NCBI GenBank assembly: GCA_963750915.1
Contig: CAVVSF010000008.1
Location: forward strand, 581,947-645,946
Origin: an uncultured Acidobacteriota bacterium
GTDB lineage: Bacteria; Acidobacteriota; Vicinamibacteria; Vicinamibacterales; 2-12-FULL-66-21
Reading direction: 5' to 3'
DNA: 64,000 nt
Positions 36,523-45,573 of this stretch are shown in pieces. Under the pieces are notes generated by a model. That model was not told the DNA's origin. It saw nothing but the letters and a program-made list of their open reading frames with translations, and ran no database searches. How positions within the stretch are numbered: the stretch's first letter is position 1; every line of letters starts with the position of its first letter. The position numbers and the translations under genes were made by a program.

Positions 36523-36718
36523 CTCGGGCATGCGTGTCCTCGCTGTCAATGGCGGCGGAGTCGCCGCGAACCATCAATTGTAACGATACGGAGGACGGCG
36601 GTTGAGGTTGCGTTGGGGGACGCGGATCGCGTGGCATGCGACGACCGTCCGCCGGGCGCAGCCCGGTGGCAGGCAGTCGCGTTGTCCGACCGCGACGCCG
36701 ATCTCGAGAGATCAGCGC

Positions 36719-36783
36719 AATCCGTGAAATCCGCGTCCCGCGAAAGATCCGCGTCATCCGTGAGATCCGCGTCCCGAGAAACG
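36719..36783. repeat. Direct repeats ATCCGTGAR-ATCCGCGTCCCG...GAAA (x2) with an extra ATCCGCGTC between them
   Basis: aatccgtgaaatccgcgtcccgcgaaag | atccgcgtc | atccgtgagatccgcgtcccgagaaacg. Located in the 36523-36983 divergent intergenic region. Confidence 0.5.
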
Positions 36784-36983
36784 TCGGCCCCAACTGTGGT
36801 TAACATAAGCGGCGACATCGGCGTCCCGGGAAGACGAAAGATGCGACAAAAGCGAGCGCCCGCCGCCATCACGGCAGGGTGGATGGTGATCGCGGGAACG
36901 ATGGCGCTGCCGGCGCCGGCCGATGCGCAGGGGCCGCCGCTCGCCCGGCTCGATCCGCCGCCACAGGGTCAACCGCGCTGAAC

Positions 36984-38576
36984 ATGAAGGAGGCGACCTT
37001 GAAGCTTCGAGTGGCGGGCTCGGCGGCGCTGCTGTTCGCGTTCGGCCTCGCGGCCCCTGCATCCGGTCAGCCGCGATCGGCGGCGGAGTGCGCGGCGCTG
37101 GCATCCACGAAACGGCCCGGCGTGACGATCAGCGTCGCCGAGGCGGTCGCGCAGGGATCGTTCACGCCCGCCGGCGCGAACAACCCAATCGCCAACCTGC
37201 CGCCGTTCTGCCGCGTCGCCGGCACGATCGCGCCGACCCCCGAATCCGACATCCGCTTCGAGGCCTGGCTGCCGCTCGACGGATGGAACGGCAAGTTCGC
37301 CGGCGTCGGCAACGGCGGCTGGGCCGGCGTCATTTCGTTCGGGCCGCTCGCCGAGCAGCTGCGCCGCGGCTACGCCACCGCGTCCACGAATACCGGCCAT
37401 CAAGCCGCCGGCGGCTTCAACGCCGCGAAGTTCGCGTTCGACCAGCCGGAGCAGCTGGTCGACTTCGCCTGGCGCGCTCATCACGAAACAGCGCTGACCG
37501 CCAAGGCGCTGGTCGCCGCGTTCTACGGCAAGCCACAGGCGCCCGCCTATTTCATCGGCTGCTCCTCCGGCGGCTACGAAGGACTGATGGCGGCGCAGCG
37601 ATTCCCCGACGACTACGACGGCATCGTCGCCGGGATGCCGGCGAACAACTGGACGCGGCTGATGGCGGGCGACCTGGATGCGACGCTGGCCGCATACCAT
37701 GGCGGCGTGAACCAGCTCACGCCGGCGGCACTGGGCCTGCTGCACCGCGGCGCGCTTGCGGCCTGCGACGCGAAGGACGGCGTCGGCGACGGCATCCTCG
37801 AAGACCCGCGGGCATGCACGTTCGATCCCGGAAGCCTCGCGTGCAAGGCGGGAGAAAGCGGTGACCGGTGCCTGACGCCGGCGCAGGTGACGGCCGCGCG
37901 GCGCATCTATGACGGCCTGAAGGATCCGAAAAGCGGGGCTCAGCTCTATCCCGGTCTGGCGCGGGGCAGCGAGCCGTTCTGGGTGCATCGCGACATCGCG
38001 AGCCCGTTTCCAATCCCGATCGCCCACTACAAGTGGCTGGTCTTCGCCGATCCGGCATGGGACTGGACGACGTTCGACTTCGGCGACCCGCCCGACTACG
38101 AGGCGTACCTGAAGGCCGAGCAGAAGTTCGCGCCGCTGATGAACGCGACCGACCCGAACCTCGAGGCGTTCCGCAAGCGCGGCGGCAAGCTCGTGCAGTA
38201 TCACGGCTGGAACGACCAGCTGATCACGCCGCTCAACAGCATCGACTATTACGAGAGCGTGCTCGCGCACTTCGCCCACGGCCGCGATCGCGCCTCGACG
38301 CTCGCGGACGTGCAGAGCTTCTATCGCCTGTTCATGGCGCCGGGCGTGGCGCACTGCGGCGGCGGCACCGGCCCGAACGTGTTCGACGCCCAGACCGCGC
38401 TGGAGCAGTGGGTCGAGAGCGGCGTCGCGCCCGATCAGTTGCCGGCGCGGCGCCTGGTCAACGGCATCGTCGATCGATCGCGGCCGCTGTGCGTCTACCC
38501 CGCCGTCGCCGTCTACCGCGGATCAGGCGACACGAACGACGCCGCCAGCTTCGAGTGCCGCGTGCCGGCGCGGTGA
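36984..38576 (+). CDS. Tannase/feruloyl-esterase family alpha/beta hydrolase, secreted
   Basis: ATG 36984 (MKEATLKLRVAGSAALLFAFGLAAPASG). Contains FEAWLPLDGWNGKFAGVGNGGWAG, FIGCSSGGYEGLMAAQRFPDDYDGIVAG and MAPGVAHCGGG. Confidence 0.85.
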   Translation: MKEATLKLRVAGSAALLFAFGLAAPASGQPRSAAECAALASTKRPGVTISVAEAVAQGSFTPAGANNPIANLPPFCRVAGTIAPTPESDIRFEAWLPLDGWNGKFAGVGNGGWAGVISFGPLAEQLRRGYATASTNTGHQAAGGFNAAKFAFDQPEQLVDFAWRAHHETALTAKALVAAFYGKPQAPAYFIGCSSGGYEGLMAAQRFPDDYDGIVAGMPANNWTRLMAGDLDATLAAYHGGVNQLTPAALGLLHRGALAACDAKDGVGDGILEDPRACTFDPGSLACKAGESGDRCLTPAQVTAARRIYDGLKDPKSGAQLYPGLARGSEPFWVHRDIASPFPIPIAHYKWLVFADPAWDWTTFDFGDPPDYEAYLKAEQKFAPLMNATDPNLEAFRKRGGKLVQYHGWNDQLITPLNSIDYYESVLAHFAHGRDRASTLADVQSFYRLFMAPGVAHCGGGTGPNVFDAQTALEQWVESGVAPDQLPARRLVNGIVDRSRPLCVYPAVAVYRGSGDTNDAASFECRVPAR

Positions 38577-38590
38577 GGCCGCGCCCGTTG

Positions 38591-39433
38591 TCAGATCAGT
38601 GCTGACGGCCGGCGCGCCCACGGCTTGCCGCCCTCCACGGCGAGGCCCTCGACGTCGCGCACGTAGGCGCCCGCCTGCGTCAGGATGTGGTGCAGGTCGT
38701 TGCCGACGCTGAAGAACCGGAACCCCTTCTCCAGGAACTCGCCAACCCGCGCCGTGCCGAAAAGAAAGATGCCGAGGATGAGGTTGTGCCGCCTGGCGGC
38801 GGCTATCAGCTTGTTCGTCGCGTCGCCCAGCTCCGGGGAGGTGTACATGTCCGGGAACTTGTACTTCTCGTAGAGCCCCATCGACATGCAGAGGTCGTTC
38901 TGGCCGAGGAACAGCATGTCGACGCCCTTCACCGCGGCGATCTCGTCGATGTTGCGGATGCAGTCGGCGGTCTCGACCTGGAGCGCGACGACGACGTTGT
39001 CGTTGGCGCCGCCCGCGTAGCCGAGCAGCCCGCCCTTGTTCATGCTGCGCTGCGGAAAGTAGACCGAACGCGTGCCTGCCGTCGGATACCGGCAGCAGCT
39101 GACCGCCGCCTTCGCCTCTTCCACGGTGTTGATGTAGGGGACGAGGACGCCGTCGGCGCCCATGTCGAGCGACTGCTGGATGCCCGAGCGGTCGTGGAAC
39201 CCGCCGACGCGGACCATCGAGGCGGCGCCGCCGTTGGCGATGCCGGCGAGCATGCCGGACAGGCACTCGTTGCCCATCGGCCCGTGCTGGGTGTCGACGA
39301 GCAGCCAGTCGTAACCGCTGTGAGCGAGCTGCTCGGCAATGGTCGGACTATGCGCGTTGAGGAAGAGACCGAGCTTGGTCGCGCCGTCGCGCAGCTGCTG
39401 CTTGAACTCGGCGCCGGACAGGGATGCGTGCAT
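38591..39433 (-). CDS. HpcH/HpaI family aldolase (2-keto-3-deoxy-acid aldolase)
   Basis: From ATG 39433: MHASLSGAEFKQQLRDGATKLGLFLNAHSPTIAEQLAHSGYDWLLVDTQHGPMG, then VRVGGFHDRSGIQQSLDMGADGVLVPYINT and LQVETADCIRNIDEIAAVKGVDMLFLGQNDL. Confidence 0.85.
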   Translation of the reverse strand: MHASLSGAEFKQQLRDGATKLGLFLNAHSPTIAEQLAHSGYDWLLVDTQHGPMGNECLSGMLAGIANGGAASMVRVGGFHDRSGIQQSLDMGADGVLVPYINTVEEAKAAVSCCRYPTAGTRSVYFPQRSMNKGGLLGYAGGANDNVVVALQVETADCIRNIDEIAAVKGVDMLFLGQNDLCMSMGLYEKYKFPDMYTSPELGDATNKLIAAARRHNLILGIFLFGTARVGEFLEKGFRFFSVGNDLHHILTQAGAYVRDVEGLAVEGGKPWARRPSALI

Positions 39434-39645
39434 GATGAAACACTCCTGCGAGAGCGCCGCCGGCTCCGGCCGGCGGCGCACAAGCATATCGCAGTCGTGC
39501 AGAGCCGACGCGGCTCGTCACGCGCGCAGCGGGCCGGGGATCGCAGTCGCGGCCACCGGCTGCTGTTTGTGCAGCGTGGCTCGGACGTGATGCGGGGAAT
39601 CATGTCGAGCGTAGCTTTGGCGGAGGCGGAAGCCAGTCGGGGAGT

Positions 39646-39666
39646 CCGAGGGGCGAAGCCCCTCGG
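39646..39666. terminator. GC-rich hairpin CCGAGGGGC-GAA-GCCCCTCGG just downstream of the kinase-like gene stop
   Basis: 9-bp perfect stem located 7 nt from the stop at 39673-39675. There is no clear U-tract on the minus strand; TTAAAA follows on the plus strand. Confidence 0.3.
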
Positions 39667-39672
39667 TTAAAA

Positions 39673-42600
39673 CTAGTGCCGGAACCAGCGGCCCAGCGTG
39701 CGGCCGGCACCGGGCCGCGCGAGCGATCGCACAGGCCTCGCCGCGGCATCGGACGCACGCATCGGCAAGTGGATCTTCAGCGTCATGTTCCCAGGCGGTC
39801 CGGCGCTGACCCACAGGTGACCGCCGCACTCGCCGAGCAGCCGCATCAAGGCTGACAGGTCCACGGCGGGCCTGGCCATGACTGACGTCGCGGACTCGTC
39901 GCCCGACCCTGCCGACCGCGCGATCGGCAGGCCGGCCGGCGTTGCCCGTCTTTCTTCGGTAATCGTGACGATGACATGCGGCCCGGGGCGAACCGTCGGG
40001 TACTTGTCGAGGAAGGCGCGGTCGACCACGGTCGAGGCGAGATCGATCTTCAAGTGGCCGCCCTGCGGCATGCGCTCGCGGGCGTAGCCCGCCGCGTTGA
40101 CGAGCACGCGCTCGACCCGTGTTCTCTCGACATCGATGGTGTACGGATGGACGTGCTTCGGCAGCGCCACCTCGACGTCGTCCCCCGTCACCCGCTTCAG
40201 CACCGGCTCGATGTTGCGCAGGACGCGCTGCAGGTTGACCGGCTCCAGCGCGTCGCTCTGTTCGTTGCCGTACGCGGCGAGCCGCTGCAGCAGACTGGTC
40301 GCATGGGCGACATCGCCGAGGAGCTGCTCACCCTGGTGACGGAGCGCCAGATCGCTGTCCATGGCCGCCAGCCAGTACTGGCCGCCATGGCTGACGCCGC
40401 GAAGCACGGCATCGCACGTCACCGCCACTTCCGACGCAAGCCGGCCTACCGCTTCCATGTGCCGCGCCTGGCGGAGATTCTCTTCGGTCGTCCGCAGCTG
40501 GGTGACGTCCTCGGCGCAGACTTCGATCCACTCGTCCTTCGTGCGAACCACCTGGAGCCCTACGGTGAGACGCGTTCTATCCTGTTTCTGCCAGATCGTC
40601 TCGAGCGTTGCCGAGCCGCCGCTCGCGGCGCGCGCGACTAACCAGTGCAGATCCGCGGGGGCCTCGAACACAGACGCGGCGAAGTCCAGCTGGGCCAGGT
40701 CATCGGTCGAGCGATAGCCGAGGATCTTCGCCAGGGCCTGGTTCGCGGCGACGAGAACGCCGTCACGCGTGACGCGACACATGGGGTACGGCGCCTGGGT
40801 GAACTGGCGGCGGGTCTCGGCCTGGCTGGCGTCGAGTTGACGCTGCAGGATCGGCAGCCGCTCGTTGTCCCGGCGGAGCGCGTCACCTTCCCGGCTCGCC
40901 GCCTCCACCTGCTGACGGAACGCTTCGCGTTCGTGTTCGAGCGCGCGGATGTCGCGGTCCTTCGTGGCGACGGTCTGGCGCAGCGTCTCCTCGACGCGCG
41001 CGAGGGCCTCCTGCCAGGCCAGCTCGGCGGCCAGGTGGGACGCGGCTTGCGCGTTCAGCTGCCCGTCGCGATCGGCGACGACAGTCTCGAGCCTGGCGCG
41101 ATCGAGCGCGTGCTCGCTCGACACGCGTTCGAGCGTGTCGAACGCCGTGCGCAGCTGCTCGAGTGAGTGCCGGGTCTGATCGTATTCGGCGGACAGGTGC
41201 TGCAGCTGAGACTGGCCGGCTGATTGAAGCCGCTCGAACTCCTCCCGCTCCTGGTCGTAGCGGTCGCTGAGCTCCTGGAGCTGTCCGCGCATCGCGTCGA
41301 GGGACTGCCGCAGCACCTCGCGTTCCAGCTCGACGTCCCGGATCGTGGTCTCGCGCTCGGCGAGGCGACGTTCGTGACTGTCCCGCTCGGTGGCGATCTG
41401 CGCCTCCAGGCGGGCGCGGGTGTCGATGGTCCGCCGGCGGAGCGCCGAGGCGGCCTCGAGAAGCCGGCGCCGCCCGCGCCCGAATTCGGCGCGCGCTGCG
41501 GTCAGCTCGCGCTCGACACTGGTGCGCGCCTGGGTCTCTCGACCGAGGCCGTGCTGGAGCGACTGCTCGCGGACGCGGGCGGCCTGCCGTTCCGCCTCAC
41601 CAAGCTGTTCGGCCCGCTGCGCGGCACGCAGGGAGTCATCGAGCCGCGCTTCGAGTGCGCCGCGAACCGCCGCACTTTCGTCGAGCATGGCGCCGAGCGC
41701 TGACTCGCGCTCCGCGAGCCGTTGTGCCGCCGCGGCTGCGTCCGCCGCCCGCGCCGCCTGGGCCTGGTCGAGTGCCGCCCCGGCGTCGCTCAGCTGTCGT
41801 TCCAGGGCATCGCGCACCGCCGCGGCCGCCGCCACCGATGCCTCGGCCTGCGTCTGCAGGGTTGCGAACTGCGATGCTGCAGCGACCCGCTCGGACGCGT
41901 GGCGCTCGTCCGCCTCGCTCCGGGCGCGTGCCGCCGCTTCGACCGTCCGTTCGAGCGTCGCGCGGGCGTGGGCTTCCGCCCGGACGTGCTGCGTCCGCGA
42001 CTCTTCGAACGCGGTCGACGTGGCGATCAACTGCTGCTGCGCGGCGTCCCGCTCGCCGGCGATCTGCGCCAGGGTGGCCGCCGCCTCCGCGGCCTGCGCG
42101 GCGCGACGTTCCGCATCCGCGGCACGCTCCGAGTCGTAGTCCGACCGGGCCTGCTGAAGGGTGGCGCGCAGCGCTTCGATCTGCTGTTCCGCCACCGCTC
42201 GCGACGTCACCGCGGCCGCAAGCTGGAGCTCGAACTCCGCTTCGCGCGATTCGAGCCGCTGCGCCGCCGCGGCCAGGTCCGCCGTCCGCGCTGCCTGGGC
42301 CTGTGCGAGTGCCGCAGCGGTGTCGTTCAGCTGGCGTTCCAATGCGACGCGCGACTCTTCGAGCGCGGCCGACGTGGCGGTCAGCTGCTGCTGCAGCGCG
42401 TCACGGCTGGCCGCGACCTTCGCCAGTGTTGCCGCCGCCGCCGCGTCCTGCGCGGCGCGACGTTCCGCATCCGAAGCACGCTCGGACTCGAACTGCGACT
42501 GGACCTGCTGGGCCGCGACGCGGAGCGCCTCGACCTGCTGTTCCGTCGCCGCCAGGGACGTCGCCGCGGTTGCAAGCCGGGCCTCGAACTCCGCCTCGCG

Positions 42601-43993
42601 CGCCGCGGTCTGCGCCGCCGATTCCTGGGACTGCGCCTGCAGGGTTGCGACCTGCGATGCCGCGGCGGCCCGCTCAGCCGCGTGGCTCTCTTCTGCCTCG
42701 CGCCGGGCGCGGGCTGCGGCTTCGATCGTCCGTTCAAGCGTCGCCCTGGCGTCCGCTTCAGCCCGGGCGTGTTGTGTCCGCGTCTCGTCGAGCGCGGCAG
42801 ACGTGGCGCTCAGCTTCTGCTGCAGCGCGTCACGGTTGCCAGCGATCTGCGCCAGTGTTGCCGCCGACTGCGCGTCCTGCGCGGCGCGACGTTCCGCATC
42901 CGCGGCTCGCTCCGACTCGGTCCTGCGCCTGGGCCTGCCGGGCGGTGGACCGGAGGGCTTCGACCTGCTGTTCCGCCGCGGCCAGGGACGTTGCCGCGGT
43001 TGCAAGCCGGGCCTCGAACTCCGCTTCGCGCGCCGCGAGCTGTTGAACGGCCGTCGCCGCGTCCGCCGTCCGCTCGGCGTGGGCCTGTTCGAGGGCCGCA
43101 GCGGCGTCGCTCAGCTGTCGTTCCAGTGCTTCGCACACGGCCGCGGCGTGCGCCGCCGCCTCGCCGGCCTGCGCCTTCAGGATCGCGAACTGCGATGCTG
43201 CCGTGGCCCTCTCGGACGTCTGGCGCTCGTCCGCCTCGCGCCCGGCGCGCGACGCCGCTTCGACCGTCCGTTCGAGCGTGGCCCGGGCGTCCGCCTGCTC
43301 CAGGGCTCGTCGTTCCTGCGACTCGTCGAGCGCGGCCGACGTGGCGACCAGTTTCTGCTGCAGCGCGTCACGCTCGCCGGTGATCTGCGCCAGGTTGGCC
43401 GCCGCCTCGGCATGCTGCGCGGCGCGCCGTTCCGCATCGGCGGCACGCTCCGACTCGTAGTCCGCACGGGCCTGCTGGAGGCTGGCGCGCAGCGCTTCGA
43501 CCTGCTGTTCCGCCGCGGCCCGCGACGTCGTCGCGGCGGCAAGCCGGGCCTCGAACTCGGACTGGCAGCCGCGGAGGTGGGCGGCGGCGGCAATCCCCTC
43601 GGTCTCGCGGGCGTGCCGGGCCTCCGCCAGCGCCGCCCTCGCGATGTTCAGTTGTTCGACGAGCGTGTCGCGCGACCGCGCGGCGTCTGCGAGGCTGGCC
43701 GTGAACTCGGCGTGACGCCGGGTGAGACGTTCGATGGCGGCGCCGGATTCAGTTGCACGCTGTTGCTCGGTTTGGCGCAGTGCTGCCTCGAGCTCCAGCA
43801 GCCGTTCCTGCAGAACCGTGCATATTTTCGCGGTTCGTGCCGCTGACTGACGCTCCCGTGCGCTCTCGAGGCGGGCCTGGGCAAGCTGCCGGTGCGCCTC
43901 CTCGACTGCCGCCAGTTTCGCCTGGAGCATCTCCCGCCACGTGCGCTCGTGATCGAGCGCCGCGAGCAGACGGGCTTCGTGACTGGGAATCAC
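39673..43993 (-). pseudogene. Giant repetitive coiled-coil / PAS / degenerate histidine-kinase-like protein, about 1440 aa, one frame disruption
   Basis: ORFs 42830..43993 and 39673..43005 join when 2 nt missing near 42919 are restored (sister repeats read DYESER; here gac-c-gag). The C-terminus has a PAS domain (CRVTRDGVLVAANQALAKILGYRS). A DHp/CA region follows that is clearly HK-like but lacks the H-box His (MEAVGRLASEVAVTCDAVL), the N-box Asn (VLVNAAGYARERMPQGG) and the G1/G2 boxes. Confidence 0.75.
41700..43565 (-). repeat. Four intragenic tandem repeat units (about 537, 430, 354 and 528 nt) encoding an A/E/Q/R-rich coiled coil
   Basis: Each unit begins EFEARLA(T/A)A(A/T)TS.A.AEQQVEALR...ESERAADAERRAAQ...LAQI.G.RDA.QQ.L.ATS.A..ES. 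Units differ by presence or absence of two sub-modules (R.QH.RAE..ARATLERT.EAA.RA...; ALERQL.D.A.AL.QA.A.R.AD). Confidence 0.8.
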
Positions 43994-44032
43994 CCCAATG
44001 GTATCGGCCGTAACCCGTCAGAAATACAGCCG

Positions 44033-45514
44033 TCACGCGAGCAGCGCGCGGACGACCTGGCCGTGAACGTCGGTCAACCTGAATCGGCGGCCCTGATGAA
44101 AGTAGGTCAGGCGCTCGTGATCGATCCCGAGGAGGTGCAGCAGCGTGGCGTGGAAATCGTGGACGTGGACGGGATTCTCGGTGACGTTGTAGGCGAAGTC
44201 GTCCGTCGCGCCGTACGTGACCCCGGCCTTGACGCCGCCGCCGGCCATCCACACCGTGAAACACCGCGGATGATGATCGCGGCCGTAGTTGGTCGCCGTC
44301 AGCTTGCCTTGAGAGTAGCTGGTGCGGCCGAACTCGCCGCCCCAGACGACCAGCGTGTCATCGAGCATGCCCCGGCGCTTGAGGTCCGTCACCAGCGCGG
44401 CACTCGCCTGATCGGTCTCTCGGCACTGCCGCTCGATCCCCTTCGGCAGGTCGTCGTGCTGATCCCAACCCTGATGATAGAGCTGGATGAACTTGACGCC
44501 GCGCTCCGCCAGCCGGCGCGCCAGGAGACAATTCGCCGCGAACGTTCCCGGCTTGCGCGCGTCAGGGCCGTAGAGAGACAGCGTCTCCTCTGATTCGTCG
44601 GCGAGGTCCATCACCCCGGGGACGCTCGCCTGCAGGCGATACGCCATCTCGTACTGCGCGATGCGCGCCTCGATCTCGGCATCGCCCGAGCGCGCCGCGG
44701 CGTGAGCATGAAGGTCGTTCAGCCGGTTGAGGAGCGCGCGGCGGTTCTCCCGCGACATCCCGTCCGGGTTGTCGAGATAGAGCACCGGATCGCCGCCGCT
44801 GCGGAACTGCACGCCCTGGTGCCGCGCCGGCAGAAAGCCGCTGCCCCACAACCGCGAGTACAGCGGCTGATCCACCTTGCCCGGCGTGATCAGGACGACG
44901 AACGCCGGCAGGTCCTCGCTGTCGCTGCCGAGGCCGTAATGAACCCAGGAACCGAAACTGGGCCGGCCCGCAATCTGTGATCCGGTCTGAAAGAACGTGA
45001 TCGCCGGATCGTGATTGATGGCGTCGGTGACCATCGACCGGACGATGCACAGGTCGTCGACGATCCGGGCCGTGTGCGGCAGGAGATCGGAGATCCACGT
45101 GCCGCTGGCACCGTGCTGCTTGAACCCGAACTGCGAACCGGCAAGCGGCAGCGACGACTGGTTGCCGGACATACCTGTCAGGCGCTGGCCCTGGCGCACC
45201 GAGTCCGGCAGCTGTTCGCCGTTGCGCTGATTGAGCACCGGCTTGTAGTCGAACGTCTCCATCTGCGACGGACCGCCGGCCATGAACAGGTAGATGACGC
45301 GTTTGGCCCTGGCAGGCACGTGCAGCGTCCCGCCGAGCACGCCGCGATCCTGGCTGCTCGCCAGCAAACCGGCGGGCTTCAGGAGATCCGCGAGCGCAAG
45401 GCCGCCCAGGCCCAGGCCGACGCGGTTGAGCAGCATGCGCCGCGACAGCCCTGCCGCCGGCGCTGATCCCGTACAGCGATCCGCCTTCGCGCGCGGCGCT
45501 TCGGCGCGACTCAT
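44033..45514 (-). CDS. DUF1501 (sulfatase-like, Tat-signal) protein, copy 2, intact
   Basis: From ATG 45514: [42 protein letters not shown]. Contains MAGGPSQMETFDYKP, DDLCIVRSMVTDAINHDPA, GGEFGRTS and GRDHHP. The 20 codons upstream in ORF 44033..45574 derive from the duplicated junction. Confidence 0.85.
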   Translation of the reverse strand: MSRAEAPRAKADRCTGSAPAAGLSRRMLLNRVGLGLGGLALADLLKPAGLLASSQDRGVLGGTLHVPARAKRVIYLFMAGGPSQMETFDYKPVLNQRNGEQLPDSVRQGQRLTGMSGNQSSLPLAGSQFGFKQHGASGTWISDLLPHTARIVDDLCIVRSMVTDAINHDPAITFFQTGSQIAGRPSFGSWVHYGLGSDSEDLPAFVVLITPGKVDQPLYSRLWGSGFLPARHQGVQFRSGGDPVLYLDNPDGMSRENRRALLNRLNDLHAHAAARSGDAEIEARIAQYEMAYRLQASVPGVMDLADESEETLSLYGPDARKPGTFAANCLLARRLAERGVKFIQLYHQGWDQHDDLPKGIERQCRETDQASAALVTDLKRRGMLDDTLVVWGGEFGRTSYSQGKLTATNYGRDHHPRCFTVWMAGGGVKAGVTYGATDDFAYNVTENPVHVHDFHATLLHLLGIDHERLTYFHQGRRFRLTDVHGQVVRALLA

Positions 45515-45573
45515 CGCAGCACCACGTCCGCCTTCGCGCGCGGCGCTTCGGCGCGACTCATCGCAGCACCACA
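45480..45573. repeat. 47-bp direct tandem duplication (46/47 identical) of the stop/start junction between DUF1553 and DUF1501 copy 2
   Basis: Copy 1 is 45480-45526 and copy 2 is 45527-45573 (tccgccttcgcgcgcggcgcttcggcgcgactcatcgcagcaccacR). Each copy contains the ATGA stop/start overlap on the minus strand. Confidence 0.9.
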
